From contig NC_014148.1 of assembly GCF_000092105.1 (NCBI RefSeq), forward strand, positions 1,890,001 to 1,922,000: a stretch of 32,000 nt of DNA, given 5' to 3'. Numbering within the stretch: position 1 is the stretch's first letter; each line of letters begins with the position of its first letter. This document shows positions 1 through 8,451 of the stretch, in pieces. Below the pieces are notes generated by a model. The model was not told where the DNA came from. It saw only the letters and a list, made by a program, of their open reading frames with translations, and ran no database searches. Both the position numbers and the translations under genes were made by a program. This DNA comes from Planctopirus limnophila DSM 3776 (GTDB taxonomy: Bacteria; Planctomycetota; Planctomycetia; Planctomycetales; Planctomycetaceae).

Positions 1-484
1 CGGGCGTCGGGCCATTCCAACCCGGACCAGAGATCATATAGGTGCCCGCACCGTTGCCTGTTGCCCGGCTGCCGATGTAGCCGTAATTACAGGTATACAT
101 GTCAGCGAGCATCACGGAGTAATACCGATCCTTCTGCACTTCCGGAACGCTCAACACGAGGGGTTCGGTACGAAGGTCGGCCCATACGAATGAGTAGGGG
201 GTGTCGCTGTTGGGCGTTACAACAGCCGTATCCTCTGGTGTGTAGACTCGCGCGGTGTTGTAGATCTGGTTGAATGCGGCTTTGTACTGGCCGGACTTCA
301 CATCCACTGCATACTCGTATAAAATCCCGTAACCCATGACCATTGGAAAGCTGTAGATAAAGGCCTCCTCTGTGATCGCCTTAATCTCTTCGACGGAAAG
401 TTTTTCCTGGGCCATACAGGGCTGAGCCTCCCGCATCATGAAAGTCACTAAGAGGGGTATCGCTGCCAATTTCAGCAATTTCAT
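1..484 (-). CDS. DUF1254 domain-containing secreted protein, N-terminal part (rest of gene lies left of the window)
   Basis: My own minus-strand translation; it is absent from the ORF track because it runs off the edge. Sequence: MKLLKLAAIPLLVTFMMREAQPCMAQEKLSVEEIKAITEEAFIYSFPMVMGYG...VVTPNSDTPYSFVWADLRTEPLVLSVPEVQKDRYYSVMLADMYTCNYGYIGSRATGNGAGTYMISGPGWNGPTP. A signal peptide is followed by the PN-DT-Y...W-DL..EP..L.VP....RYY...D..T.N.GY.G.R.TG pattern typical of DUF1254. ATG at 482-484 is in frame with a second ATG at 413-415. Confidence 0.75.
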   Translation of the reverse strand, partial: MKLLKLAAIPLLVTFMMREAQPCMAQEKLSVEEIKAITEEAFIYSFPMVMGYGILYEYAVDVKSGQYKAAFNQIYNTARVYTPEDTAVVTPNSDTPYSFVWADLRTEPLVLSVPEVQKDRYYSVMLADMYTCNYGYIGSRATGNGAGTYMISGPGWNGPTP

Positions 485-1149
485 AGTCATGGTCCACATT
501 GAGGGGGTTGCTCAGGATTTTGATGAGCCCCGAACTGCACTCGCCGACGATTCTTGGCAGCGTTTTTAATTTCACGCACACCTAGTAATTAACGTTTTAA
601 CGTAAATTCTACCGGATTCGCGGAAGCCGGCCAACCGATTGCATGTTGTTTGGAAAAAACAAGAAAGTGATTGCTGCAAGATCCCATAATGTCATATTGC
701 AGTGAAATCGTTCAGCACAACATTGCTGCCGCGGAATCGGAGGACAAGACGGCAACTGATTTGATCTCGCTGGTTTCCCGGTTGGACACTCGCGATATCC
801 CACTTGTGCATCGTAATCGAAAATGGAGATTTCATTGAGTAATGTGGGATGGCCATTTAAACTTTGGTCTCCCATGAGAAGTCGCCAAGATACTTTACCA
901 CACAGGAGCGATCTTATAAGGCCGGTTTGACCAGGCTTCGCGGTAGATGCCTGGGCAACCCAGTCACAGGCGATGTCAAGGATGCCTGGTTGTTGAGGAT
1001 ATGGCCATCCGAATGGTTCCCGACGACCATGGCGATCTTGTCGAATCGAAACTCGGCGTATTTCTGGGCATATTGGAGTCGGTGTCTGCTGCCCGTGATT
1101 AACAGGACTGCGAACGCAGGGTTGCCAGCAGCGGGGGGAGTGCCCATTG

Positions 1150-1189
1150 GAAAATGAGAAAGCCCTTCGACGTTCTCGCCGAAGGGCTT
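1150..1189 (-). terminator. Intrinsic-terminator-type hairpin just downstream of tRNA-Pro
   Basis: Perfect 10-bp stem AAGCCCTTCG (1160-1169) / CGAAGGGCTT (1180-1189) with a 10-nt loop. Read on the minus strand it is followed by the T-rich TCTCATTTTCC. It lies 15 nt past the tRNA 3' end. Confidence 0.6.
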
Positions 1190-1201
1190 CTTTCTGAAAA
1201 T

Positions 1202-1278
<77 letters not shown>

Positions 1279-1634
1279 AGTTGAACGAAGTTTAACGGTG
1301 ATGGTCTGGCTGGTCAATTCGACCGAGGGGGAAAGATCTGCGGGAATTGCCGGTGGGGTAATTCCTGGGGGAGTGCCGGTTTCTGGAGATCTGCCGCCAC
1401 CTGGTAAGCTGCTGGCCACTTCTGTTCAGAGAAAATCTGAGTTTTGGGTTATGCTGTTGGCCTGCAAGGAATTGCAGCCGGTCATGCAAGGCTCAGACAA
1501 TTTCGCAAGGCAAGCTGTTTATTTGTGTGGAAGAACTCTTTGAATTCATGTCTCCAACGTGTATTCCCGGTATTCTGCTGTTCTCTCCAGAAAAATGGTA
1601 AGCTCAACGGCCCGACGAATTTTCACCCGCAGGA

Positions 1635-2627
1635 TTGATCATTATGCGATTTTCGCCCCGCGATACCTCACACCGCCTCAGTAATCATGCTTTGGCGAAG
1701 GGCCTGTTGTTCAATCTGTTGAGCTCACTTCTCGTGATGTCGGGGTTTGGTCTGATCACTGATGTGGCGGTTGGGGCTGATCTCTTCGATAAGCACGATT
1801 TCTCATTGGTGAAGCAAGCTGCGAGCGAATTGTCTCCTGTGGCCCGGATATCGATGCAGGATGCTTCCAAATTGAAGCCACTCTCGGCGACGATCAGTAC
1901 GCCGTGCCTCATTGTCAAAACGAGTGAAGGTAATTTTGCCAAGATGCTCGTCAGTTGGGGGTTTCGCAAGCATGGTGAAGATCGCCTGCCAGTCTTGTTG
2001 ATTGAGCGCTTCGTGACTTATCGGGGTGATCGCCCCGATATGACGGCTGCAACGGGGAAGGATGTTCTCCTGTTCGCCGGGTTCGAGTTTGATTTTGATA
2101 TTGGTCAGGTCGTGCCTGCCAAAGCCGGTGGTGACATTTCGTTCTCCGCAGAGAGTGTGCTAGAAGCCGTTCCGCCCGCAGCACTATTTACGTTGTCGAA
2201 ATCACTTGTTTCCAGCGAAGGAACGTCCACAGCACCAGGAGGGGCTTCGAACGGACAAGGTTTCGCTGGTGAGTGGATAGTGAATGCTGACGATCGGTGG
2301 AATGGAGAGTGGTCACTCAAAGTTGATGGTGAGGGACGCATCCTGGGTAAGTTTGTTTCTGCAGAATCCCAAAACGCATACGACATCACCGGGAATGTCT
2401 CGGGGTTGCCGCACCAGGCGAGATTAGAAATTTTTCTGGCGAATACTCAAGTTTCTGTGGAGGCCTACCTCTGGTCGAATACTCAGAACGATATGGCCGG
2501 CGTGGTGACTGTGGCGGGGCGGAAATTTGGATTCTTCGCCCGCAGGGCTCAGGCAGATCGGGCAGCACCTCAGACGAAAGCTGAGAAGCAGGAATCAGCC
2601 CTAGGGAAAGGGGCTGGCGACAAGTAA
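1635..2627 (+). CDS. hypothetical membrane-anchored or secreted protein
   Basis: 330-aa ORF (TTG at 1635, first ATG at 1644). It has an N-terminal hydrophobic anchor LLFNLLSSLLVMSGFGLITDVAV. I recognise no family motif. The TAA stop at 2625-2627 is 2 nt before the bioF ATG, suggesting co-translation. Confidence 0.6.
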   Translation: MIIMRFSPRDTSHRLSNHALAKGLLFNLLSSLLVMSGFGLITDVAVGADLFDKHDFSLVKQAASELSPVARISMQDASKLKPLSATISTPCLIVKTSEGNFAKMLVSWGFRKHGEDRLPVLLIERFVTYRGDRPDMTAATGKDVLLFAGFEFDFDIGQVVPAKAGGDISFSAESVLEAVPPAALFTLSKSLVSSEGTSTAPGGASNGQGFAGEWIVNADDRWNGEWSLKVDGEGRILGKFVSAESQNAYDITGNVSGLPHQARLEIFLANTQVSVEAYLWSNTQNDMAGVVTVAGRKFGFFARRAQADRAAPQTKAEKQESALGKGAGDK

Positions 2628-2629
2628 TC

Positions 2630-3838
2630 ATGACATTTCGAGCCCTATCTGCTTTGGAGCAATGGCAGGATTCCCTCCAGGAGGACCTGCATCAACTGGA
2701 GGTGGGGAATCTCCGGCGTTATCGGCGGACTTTTGAACTGTTGCCTGATGGAAGTCTGCTGTCTGACGGGCAGCGTCTCGTAAACCTCTCGGGGAATGAT
2801 TACCTCGGATTATCATACGAACCGCGTGTGATTGCCGCTGCCACGAAAGCGATGGAATCGACGGTCGGAGCAAGAGCCAGTGCTTTGGTGAGTGGTCGGT
2901 CCCATTGGCATGCTCAGTTGGAGAAGACAATTGCCGAGTTTGAAGGATGTGAAGATGCCCTCGTTTTCCCGACAGGGGTCGCTGCCAATGTGGGTGTGCT
3001 GACTGCACTGATCGGTGAAAATGATGTTGTCTATTGTGATCGACTGAATCATGCCAGTCTGGTCGACGGCTGCCGGCAGAGCGGAGGTCGATTCCGCATC
3101 TATCATCATCACGATCTGTCGAGTCTCAAGCGGCAATTGATGCAGCCGTTTGATGGTGGTCGCAGGTGGATTGTCACTGATGGTGTCTTCAGCATGGATG
3201 GAGATATTGCTCCACTGAGAGAGCTTTGTGAACTTGCTGAAGCATATGATGCTCTGGTGGTCGTGGATGAAGCTCATGGGACTGGAGTATTCGGCGAGCG
3301 GGGAAGAGGTGTCTGCGAATATCTGGATGTTGAGGATCGAGTCGCCTTAAAGATCGGGACACTCAGCAAGGCCATTGGTGCTCTGGGCGGGTTTGTGACT
3401 GGCAGGCGAGTGTTATGCGAATATTTGCTCAATCATGCCAGGACGCAGATTTATTCGACGGCTTTACCACAAGCAATCTGCGCAGCGGCTACGACAGCAA
3501 TCGAGATTATCGGTCAGGAGCCAGAACGCAGACAGCGGTTGTGGCAACGGGTGGACTTTGTTCGCGAACGCATGATTGGCCTGGGCCTGTTGTCAGAAAA
3601 GAGTTTTCGCAGTCCAATTCTTTCATTAGTGCTGGCGGAGCCAGCTCATGTCGTGGAAGTGGCTCGCCAACTGGAGGTCGAAGGCTTTCTCGTCGCTGCA
3701 ATTCGCCCGCCCACAGTTCCTCGGGGAACATCGCGTCTGAGGCTCAGTCTGCACAGTGAACTGAGCATTTCTGATCTGCAACAACTGAGTCAAGTTCTGG
3801 CTGGGATCCTTTCGAATGGATCAGAGCGAGTGAATTGA
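2630..3838 (+). CDS. bioF: 8-amino-7-oxononanoate synthase (PLP-dependent alpha-oxoamine synthase family)
   Basis: 402 aa with the motifs GNDYLGLS, SGRSHWHAQLEKTIAEFEG, FPTGVAANVGVL, DRLNHASLVDG, VVDEAHGTGVFGERGRG and the PLP-lysine motif GTLSKAIGALGGFV. The GTLSK variant and the N-terminal LRRYR pattern fit BioF better than KBL or SPT. Confidence 0.85.
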   Translation: MTFRALSALEQWQDSLQEDLHQLEVGNLRRYRRTFELLPDGSLLSDGQRLVNLSGNDYLGLSYEPRVIAAATKAMESTVGARASALVSGRSHWHAQLEKTIAEFEGCEDALVFPTGVAANVGVLTALIGENDVVYCDRLNHASLVDGCRQSGGRFRIYHHHDLSSLKRQLMQPFDGGRRWIVTDGVFSMDGDIAPLRELCELAEAYDALVVVDEAHGTGVFGERGRGVCEYLDVEDRVALKIGTLSKAIGALGGFVTGRRVLCEYLLNHARTQIYSTALPQAICAAATTAIEIIGQEPERRQRLWQRVDFVRERMIGLGLLSEKSFRSPILSLVLAEPAHVVEVARQLEVEGFLVAAIRPPTVPRGTSRLRLSLHSELSISDLQQLSQVLAGILSNGSERVN

Positions 3839-4595
3839 CGGAAATGTCAAAGAGGTTGCAGGAAATAGCCTTCCGGACTGGAAACAGCAGGAAATTTCGT
3901 GTGATTTTGAACAATCGAAGAGTTTCTGGGAATTCAGGACTATTCAGCCACAATTTTTGGCGATAATCTCTCAGATGAAATTGATCACTGTCTGAAGTTT
4001 GCCTCTGAGTTCGTTTGGTATCTGTGGAACGAGTCGAAAATTTATTTCGACAATTTCCTAAAGATGATGCCGGGCATGTTTGATGCCCGACTATCCAGCA
4101 CCGAGTTGCTTTGCGAGCAGTTGAGTTCGCCCAGCAATCTCTGAGAACAATGCACCACTTTCAGCCGTATCGATTATTTAATTGCTCCTCCTCAGGGTGG
4201 AGCTAAGGCTGTCTGGTTGAGTGCCTCAGGTCGTGCAAAAAGCGTTTTCTTCAGCTGTTAACTGCAGTTTACTGTTTGTGAAGCCAATTGTGAGTCGTTG
4301 CGGCTTGCAGTGGTGGAGCACCACAGTAGCGATCATTTTGCTGGTCAAGCTGGCTCTGCTGTTCAATATGTCAGCGGGGAATCTGTCAGTCGGACAGGGT
4401 TTTCCTTGTGCCTCGGTTGATGATCAGGCTGCTATTCATCTGATTCAAATGTCTGTTGTCCTTGCATTAACCGCAGGACTTTTCGAGATGTTCTTTCCCG
4501 ACTTCATGAAACGGAAGAACATGTTTTCTCGCCACATGCGCCATGTGGTTCCTTTGTGTTTGGCAATGCTTTGCAGGCATTGTTCATCTCGTCGT

Positions 4596-4626
4596 CAAAG
4601 CGATTGTCGCTTTGGCCGTTTTTGTG
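4596..4626 (+). terminator. Attenuator/terminator-like hairpin inside the long leader of the RRM gene
   Basis: Stem CAAAGCGA (4596-4603) / TCGCTTTG (4607-4614) with loop TTG, followed by GCCGTTTTTGTG. It sits 72 nt upstream of the ATG at 4698. Confidence 0.3.
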
Positions 4627-4697
4627 TCGAGTCTCGCAATGACCGGTCCATCAGGATGTCGGCACTGCAGGCCGTCTCTTAGTCAGGACTGTCAGTC

Positions 4698-5012
4698 ATG
4701 GGTACGAAGCTTTACGTCGGTAATTTGACTTACGATGTCAACAACAGTGGTCTTGAGCAGCTCTTTTCGAGCTTTGGCGAAGTTCGCTCAGCTCAGGTCG
4801 TCATGGATCGTGAAACTGGCCGCTCCAAGGGTTTTGGCTTCGTCGAATTCGGCGATTCACAATCTGCCAGCGACGCCATCAACGCGATGAATGGTAAGGA
4901 CGTCAATGGCCGTGCCTTGACCGTTAACGAAGCTCGTCCACGCGAAGAACGCAGTGGTGGTTTCGGTGGTGGTGGTGGTGGTGGTGGAAGCCGTTTCGGC
5001 GGTCGCCGCTAA
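4698..5012 (+). CDS. RRM-type RNA-binding protein with glycine-rich C-terminal tail
   Basis: 104 aa with RNP-2 LYVGNL, RNP-1 KGFGFVEF and the C-terminal tail SGGFGGGGGGGGSRFGGRR. It is followed by a strong terminator. Confidence 0.92.
   Translation: MGTKLYVGNLTYDVNNSGLEQLFSSFGEVRSAQVVMDRETGRSKGFGFVEFGDSQSASDAINAMNGKDVNGRALTVNEARPREERSGGFGGGGGGGGSRFGGRR
4965..4985 (+). repeat. (GGT)7 in-frame trinucleotide repeat encoding the poly-Gly tail
   Basis: Seven consecutive GGT codons followed by GGA, read directly from 4965-4988. Confidence 0.9.
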
Positions 5013-5079
5013 GGTTTCCGGCTGGTGCTTAGCGATGGATTCATGACAGATTCCTTCGATCCAGGCATAGTCAAAAATC

Positions 5080-5120
5080 AAAGCCTGCAGTAGGACTTGT
5101 TTCCCACTGCAGGCTTTTTC
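5080..5120 (+). terminator. Rho-independent terminator of the RRM gene
   Basis: 12-bp stem AAAGCCTGCAGT (5080-5091) / ACTGCAGGCTTT (5106-5117). The T run at 5115-5119 overlaps the 3' arm. Confidence 0.8.
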
Positions 5121-5326
5121 CGTTTCGAAGATCGCTCCCGGCTCAGTGAGCTCTGGGAGTTGAGCCAGGCCGACGTGGCTTGGTGCCGGGAGGGAGCCGC
5201 TTCGTTTCAAAGTTCGCTTCGGTTGTGGGAAGGACGATATTATTCTTCTTGTTTTAAGGCTGTTTCGAGGAATCTGGTTTCGCGGACGAAAGTATCAAAA
5301 GTGACTACCAGGGTTGTCTGGCGGAC

Positions 5327-5830
5327 GTGTTCCTCATTCAAGTTCACAGAGGGTGGTTTGTGATTGCACCTTTGTTGCATGTGGTTCTTTACCAGCCTGA
5401 CATTCCGCAGAATACGGGGAACATCGGCCGAACTTGTGTGGCTGTGGGTGCCAGGTTATGGCTGATCAGACCGTTGGGTTTTGTACTGGATGCCCGCCAT
5501 TTGAAGCGTGCCGGGATGGACTACTGGCCAATGCTGGATTACGTCGTGGTCGATTCGTTGAATGATGTGCGAGAGCAGTTACCCGGCCACGACTTCTGGT
5601 ATGTGGAGAATCCTGCACCGCGCAGAATCTGGGAGGCCGAATTCAAGCCCGGTAGTGTGCTGGTGTTTGGCAGCGAGTCGCGTGGATTGCCGCCGGCCGT
5701 GATTGAAGAATGCCGTGGCCAGATGATTGACCTGCCGATGAGGCCTGAAGTTCGCAGCCTGAATCTGGCCAGCACAGTCAATACAGCCGTCTATGAGGCC
5801 ATCCGTCAGATCGGGCATGTGGGTTTGTAA
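5327..5830 (+). CDS. trmL: tRNA (cytidine/uridine-34 2'-O)-methyltransferase, SpoU/TrmH family (TrmL-like)
   Basis: Motifs LHVVLYQPDIPQNTGNIGRTC, GFVLDARHLKRAGMDYW, VLVFGSESRGLP and IPMRPEVRSLNLASTVNTAVYEAIRQ align end to end with E. coli TrmL as I recall it. The homology begins near LHVVLY, so the true start is probably GTG 5360 rather than GTG 5327. Confidence 0.85.
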   Translation: MFLIQVHRGWFVIAPLLHVVLYQPDIPQNTGNIGRTCVAVGARLWLIRPLGFVLDARHLKRAGMDYWPMLDYVVVDSLNDVREQLPGHDFWYVENPAPRRIWEAEFKPGSVLVFGSESRGLPPAVIEECRGQMIDLPMRPEVRSLNLASTVNTAVYEAIRQIGHVGL

Positions 5831-6103
5831 CCAACTTCGCCGCCGTAGCTCACTTTCGAGCAGGATTGCGGGAAAAAATTCCGATGCTTCGGATTTCTCA
5901 CGGCAAAAAGTTCTGACGTATTCAAGTTAGGCTTTCTAGCGATGAGTCTTTCTGACTTGCCGTTGAATACTGCCGAGTTGGCGAATTTGCCGGTTGACAG
6001 TTATCGAGAAACAGATTGAGAAAATCTGCTTGAACTCGACATGTGAGCTAGGATTGCCACAGACTGAGATCTCATTGAAATCATCATTGCTGGAACATCT
6101 GCT

Positions 6104-8347
6104 GTGAGCATGCTGAGTCATTTTCGCAATCTGCTGCCTTCGTTTCTCAGACGGAAAGGCCAAGGTGCTGAGCTTTCCAGAGTTTCCAGCCGCACGTTGC
6201 ATCGCACAGGAATGTTTTTGAGTCAGCACCTTTGGGTCTGGCCGATCATGGCCATCGTGCTGCTGATGGTGCTGGGATTTACAGTTCGGGTGGCAGTCGA
6301 ATCGACCATGATGGCCAGCCTGCGATCGCAGCTGGAAACATTGCGGGATGTTGAAGCGGAAATGCTTTCGAATTGGCTGGATTCACAGCATTCGCTGGTT
6401 CTGACTCAGGCAAATGATCCCCAGTTACGGCAGATGATCTATCAGATTCTGAAGACTCGCCAGGCGGATTCGACGACAGCAGCGAAAGCCCAGGCATCGA
6501 TCTCTTTGGGCGAACTGCGGGATCAATTGAAGCAGGAACTGCATCCAGCGATGTCAGCACAGAGATATACGATGTTTTCAGTCATCGATGACGAAGGAAA
6601 AGTGCTCATTTCTTCGCAACCGGAACTCGAAGGTGTTGATGATCTGGTGCCGGATCGATCGGTGATTCGGAAATTGTTCGACGGCAAAACGGTCGTGACA
6701 CCACCGTTTCGAAGCCGTCACTCTTTACGAAATGAATCGGGAGAGAGGCTTACCAATCAGCCCACAATTCTGGTTTGTGCGCCAGTGCGTGATGCCAATT
6801 TTCAGGTGGTGGCAGCGCTTGTATTTCGAGTGGATCCTCGGGGTGAGTTCACCCGTATCATGCAATTGGGACGCATGGGACGGACAGGTGAGACGTATGC
6901 CTTTACCAAAGAAGGGGTCATGGCATCCAAGAGTCGATTCGATCCCGAACTGATGTTGCTGGGGCTCTTGCCAGATGAGAAAGATGCTGAGTCGCTGCTC
7001 TACCTTCAACTCAAAAATCCCGGCGGCGATATGACACGCGGATTTCGACCCAAAGTCAGACGTAGCGAATTGCCATTGACCTACGCCGCATCGGAAGCAA
7101 TCGAAGGTCGTACTTTAAGCAATGTTGATGGAGTACCTGATTACCGCGGTGTCAATACCGTCGTCGCGGTGACATGGCTGCCAAAGCATGAATTGGGAAT
7201 CTGCACCAAAATCGATGCGGACGAAGCGTATGGGCCGCTGATTATCCTTCGCTGGACAGCCTGGACGCTCTATGGACTCTTTGGCTTATCAACGATAGCG
7301 ATCTTCGTCTTCACGATCATCGTCGCAAGATTAAATCGCAAGGCTCGTGAAGCAGCCCTCGATGCCAAACAGATTGGTCAGTATCGGCTGGAGGAAAAAT
7401 TGGGTTCAGGAGGGATGGGGACGGTTTACAAAGGACAGCACGCTCTGTTGAGACGTCCCACAGCCATCAAGATGCTGAGTTTTGAGAAGACGAACGAGAC
7501 TTCGATCGCCCGGTTCGAGCGTGAGGTGCAAATTACCTGCCAACTGAATCATCCCAATACCGTGGCAATTTATGATTATGGAAGAACACCCGAAGGAATC
7601 TTCTACTATGCCATGGAGTATCTGGATGGCATTGATCTGCAGCATTTAGTTGAGCGATATGGTCCACAGCCCGAAGGTCGCGTCGTATCGATCCTGAAGC
7701 AGGCCTGCGGTTCATTACAGGAAGCACATACACAAGGGCTGGTTCACCGCGATATTAAACCCGCCAATTTGATGTTGAACAGGCGCGGGGGAATTCCTGA
7801 CTTGCTCAAAGTCCTGGACTTCGGATTGGTGAAGGCTATTGATGAAGACCGCCAGGCGAGCTTAACAGCTCATTCGGCTCTTACCGGGACACCACTCTAT
7901 TTATCTCCGGAAGCGATTCAAACGCCGAATCTGGTCGATCACCGGACAGATATCTATGCCTTAGGGGCTGTTGGATATTTCCTGTTGACTGGAAAGCCAG
8001 TCTTCATGGGAGAAAATCTGGTGGATCTGTGCCGGATGCATATCAGTGAACCACCAGTTCCACCCTCTGAAAAACTGGGACAGCCGATCGATCAAACACT
8101 CGAACTGTTGATCATGTCCTGTCTGGAAAAGCAGCCATCCAAACGCCCCCAGTCCGCTCGGGAAATGTGCGAAAGGCTGGAACGTGTGGTGGCAGCGACA
8201 GAATGGGCCCTTATCGATGCAGAAACCTGGTGGGCCCGGCATTTAAGAATGACTGGAAAGGAATCCACGGGCTCATCGGCCAATTCGACATCGCAATACG
8301 GTACCAGTGGATCATCCTCTCAGTATGAGCGGACGATCATTTCCTGA
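6104..8347 (+). CDS. Receptor-type Hanks Ser/Thr protein kinase with N-terminal periplasmic Cache-like sensor
   Basis: 747 aa. Kinase motifs are GSGGMGTVYKG, AIKML, HRDIKPANLML, DFGLVK and GTPLYLSPE. Two TM helices (WVWPIMAIVLLMVLGFTV and LYGLFGLSTIAIFVFTIIVA) flank a segment of about 330 aa ending in the Cache-like PDYRGVNTVVAVTWLPKHELGICTKIDADEAYGP. GTG at 6104, first ATG at 6110. Confidence 0.9.
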   Translation: MSMLSHFRNLLPSFLRRKGQGAELSRVSSRTLHRTGMFLSQHLWVWPIMAIVLLMVLGFTVRVAVESTMMASLRSQLETLRDVEAEMLSNWLDSQHSLVLTQANDPQLRQMIYQILKTRQADSTTAAKAQASISLGELRDQLKQELHPAMSAQRYTMFSVIDDEGKVLISSQPELEGVDDLVPDRSVIRKLFDGKTVVTPPFRSRHSLRNESGERLTNQPTILVCAPVRDANFQVVAALVFRVDPRGEFTRIMQLGRMGRTGETYAFTKEGVMASKSRFDPELMLLGLLPDEKDAESLLYLQLKNPGGDMTRGFRPKVRRSELPLTYAASEAIEGRTLSNVDGVPDYRGVNTVVAVTWLPKHELGICTKIDADEAYGPLIILRWTAWTLYGLFGLSTIAIFVFTIIVARLNRKAREAALDAKQIGQYRLEEKLGSGGMGTVYKGQHALLRRPTAIKMLSFEKTNETSIARFEREVQITCQLNHPNTVAIYDYGRTPEGIFYYAMEYLDGIDLQHLVERYGPQPEGRVVSILKQACGSLQEAHTQGLVHRDIKPANLMLNRRGGIPDLLKVLDFGLVKAIDEDRQASLTAHSALTGTPLYLSPEAIQTPNLVDHRTDIYALGAVGYFLLTGKPVFMGENLVDLCRMHISEPPVPPSEKLGQPIDQTLELLIMSCLEKQPSKRPQSAREMCERLERVVAATEWALIDAETWWARHLRMTGKESTGSSANSTSQYGTSGSSSQYERTIIS

Positions 8348-8383
8348 AGTCTCTTGAGATCGTTTGTTTCGAAATGCAAAGAC

Positions 8384-8419
8384 GGTGCGAAGAATGCTGA
8401 GTCAGGAACACTTCGCACC
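8384..8419. terminator. Hairpin between convergent kinase and aldehyde dehydrogenase genes
   Basis: Perfect 9-bp stem GGTGCGAAG (8384-8392) / CTTCGCACC (8411-8419) with an 18-nt loop. There is no clean U tract on either strand. Confidence 0.45.
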
Positions 8420-8451
8420 ATCTGTCTGCAATCGATATTACGAATTGTAAT

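Noticed and set aside
1320-1420. Fragments reminiscent of a cobalamin riboswitch (GGGAA, GCCGGTG...AATTCC, CCGCCACCTGG) between tRNA-Pro and the 1635 ORF
   Set aside because: The elements are mis-spaced, and the B12 box and the downstream AGYCAGG...CCTGCC pairing partner are missing. The downstream genes have no B12 link. What is really there is a GGAATT/AATTCC hairpin and a repeated AGATCTGC.
2813-3277. 154-aa ORF antisense to bioF
   Set aside because: It lies entirely inside a strongly supported PLP-enzyme frame and has no recognisable motif. It is a typical shadow ORF.
4221-4682. 153-codon + strand ORF (GTG start) filling the leader of the RRM gene, with two hydrophobic stretches
   Set aside because: It has a Cys/Arg-rich C-terminus and no motif. 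A second overlapping frame (4543-4728) is equally hydrophobic, which suggests compositional bias (T-rich second positions) rather than coding. I cannot exclude a small membrane protein, so it is kept out of the feature list.
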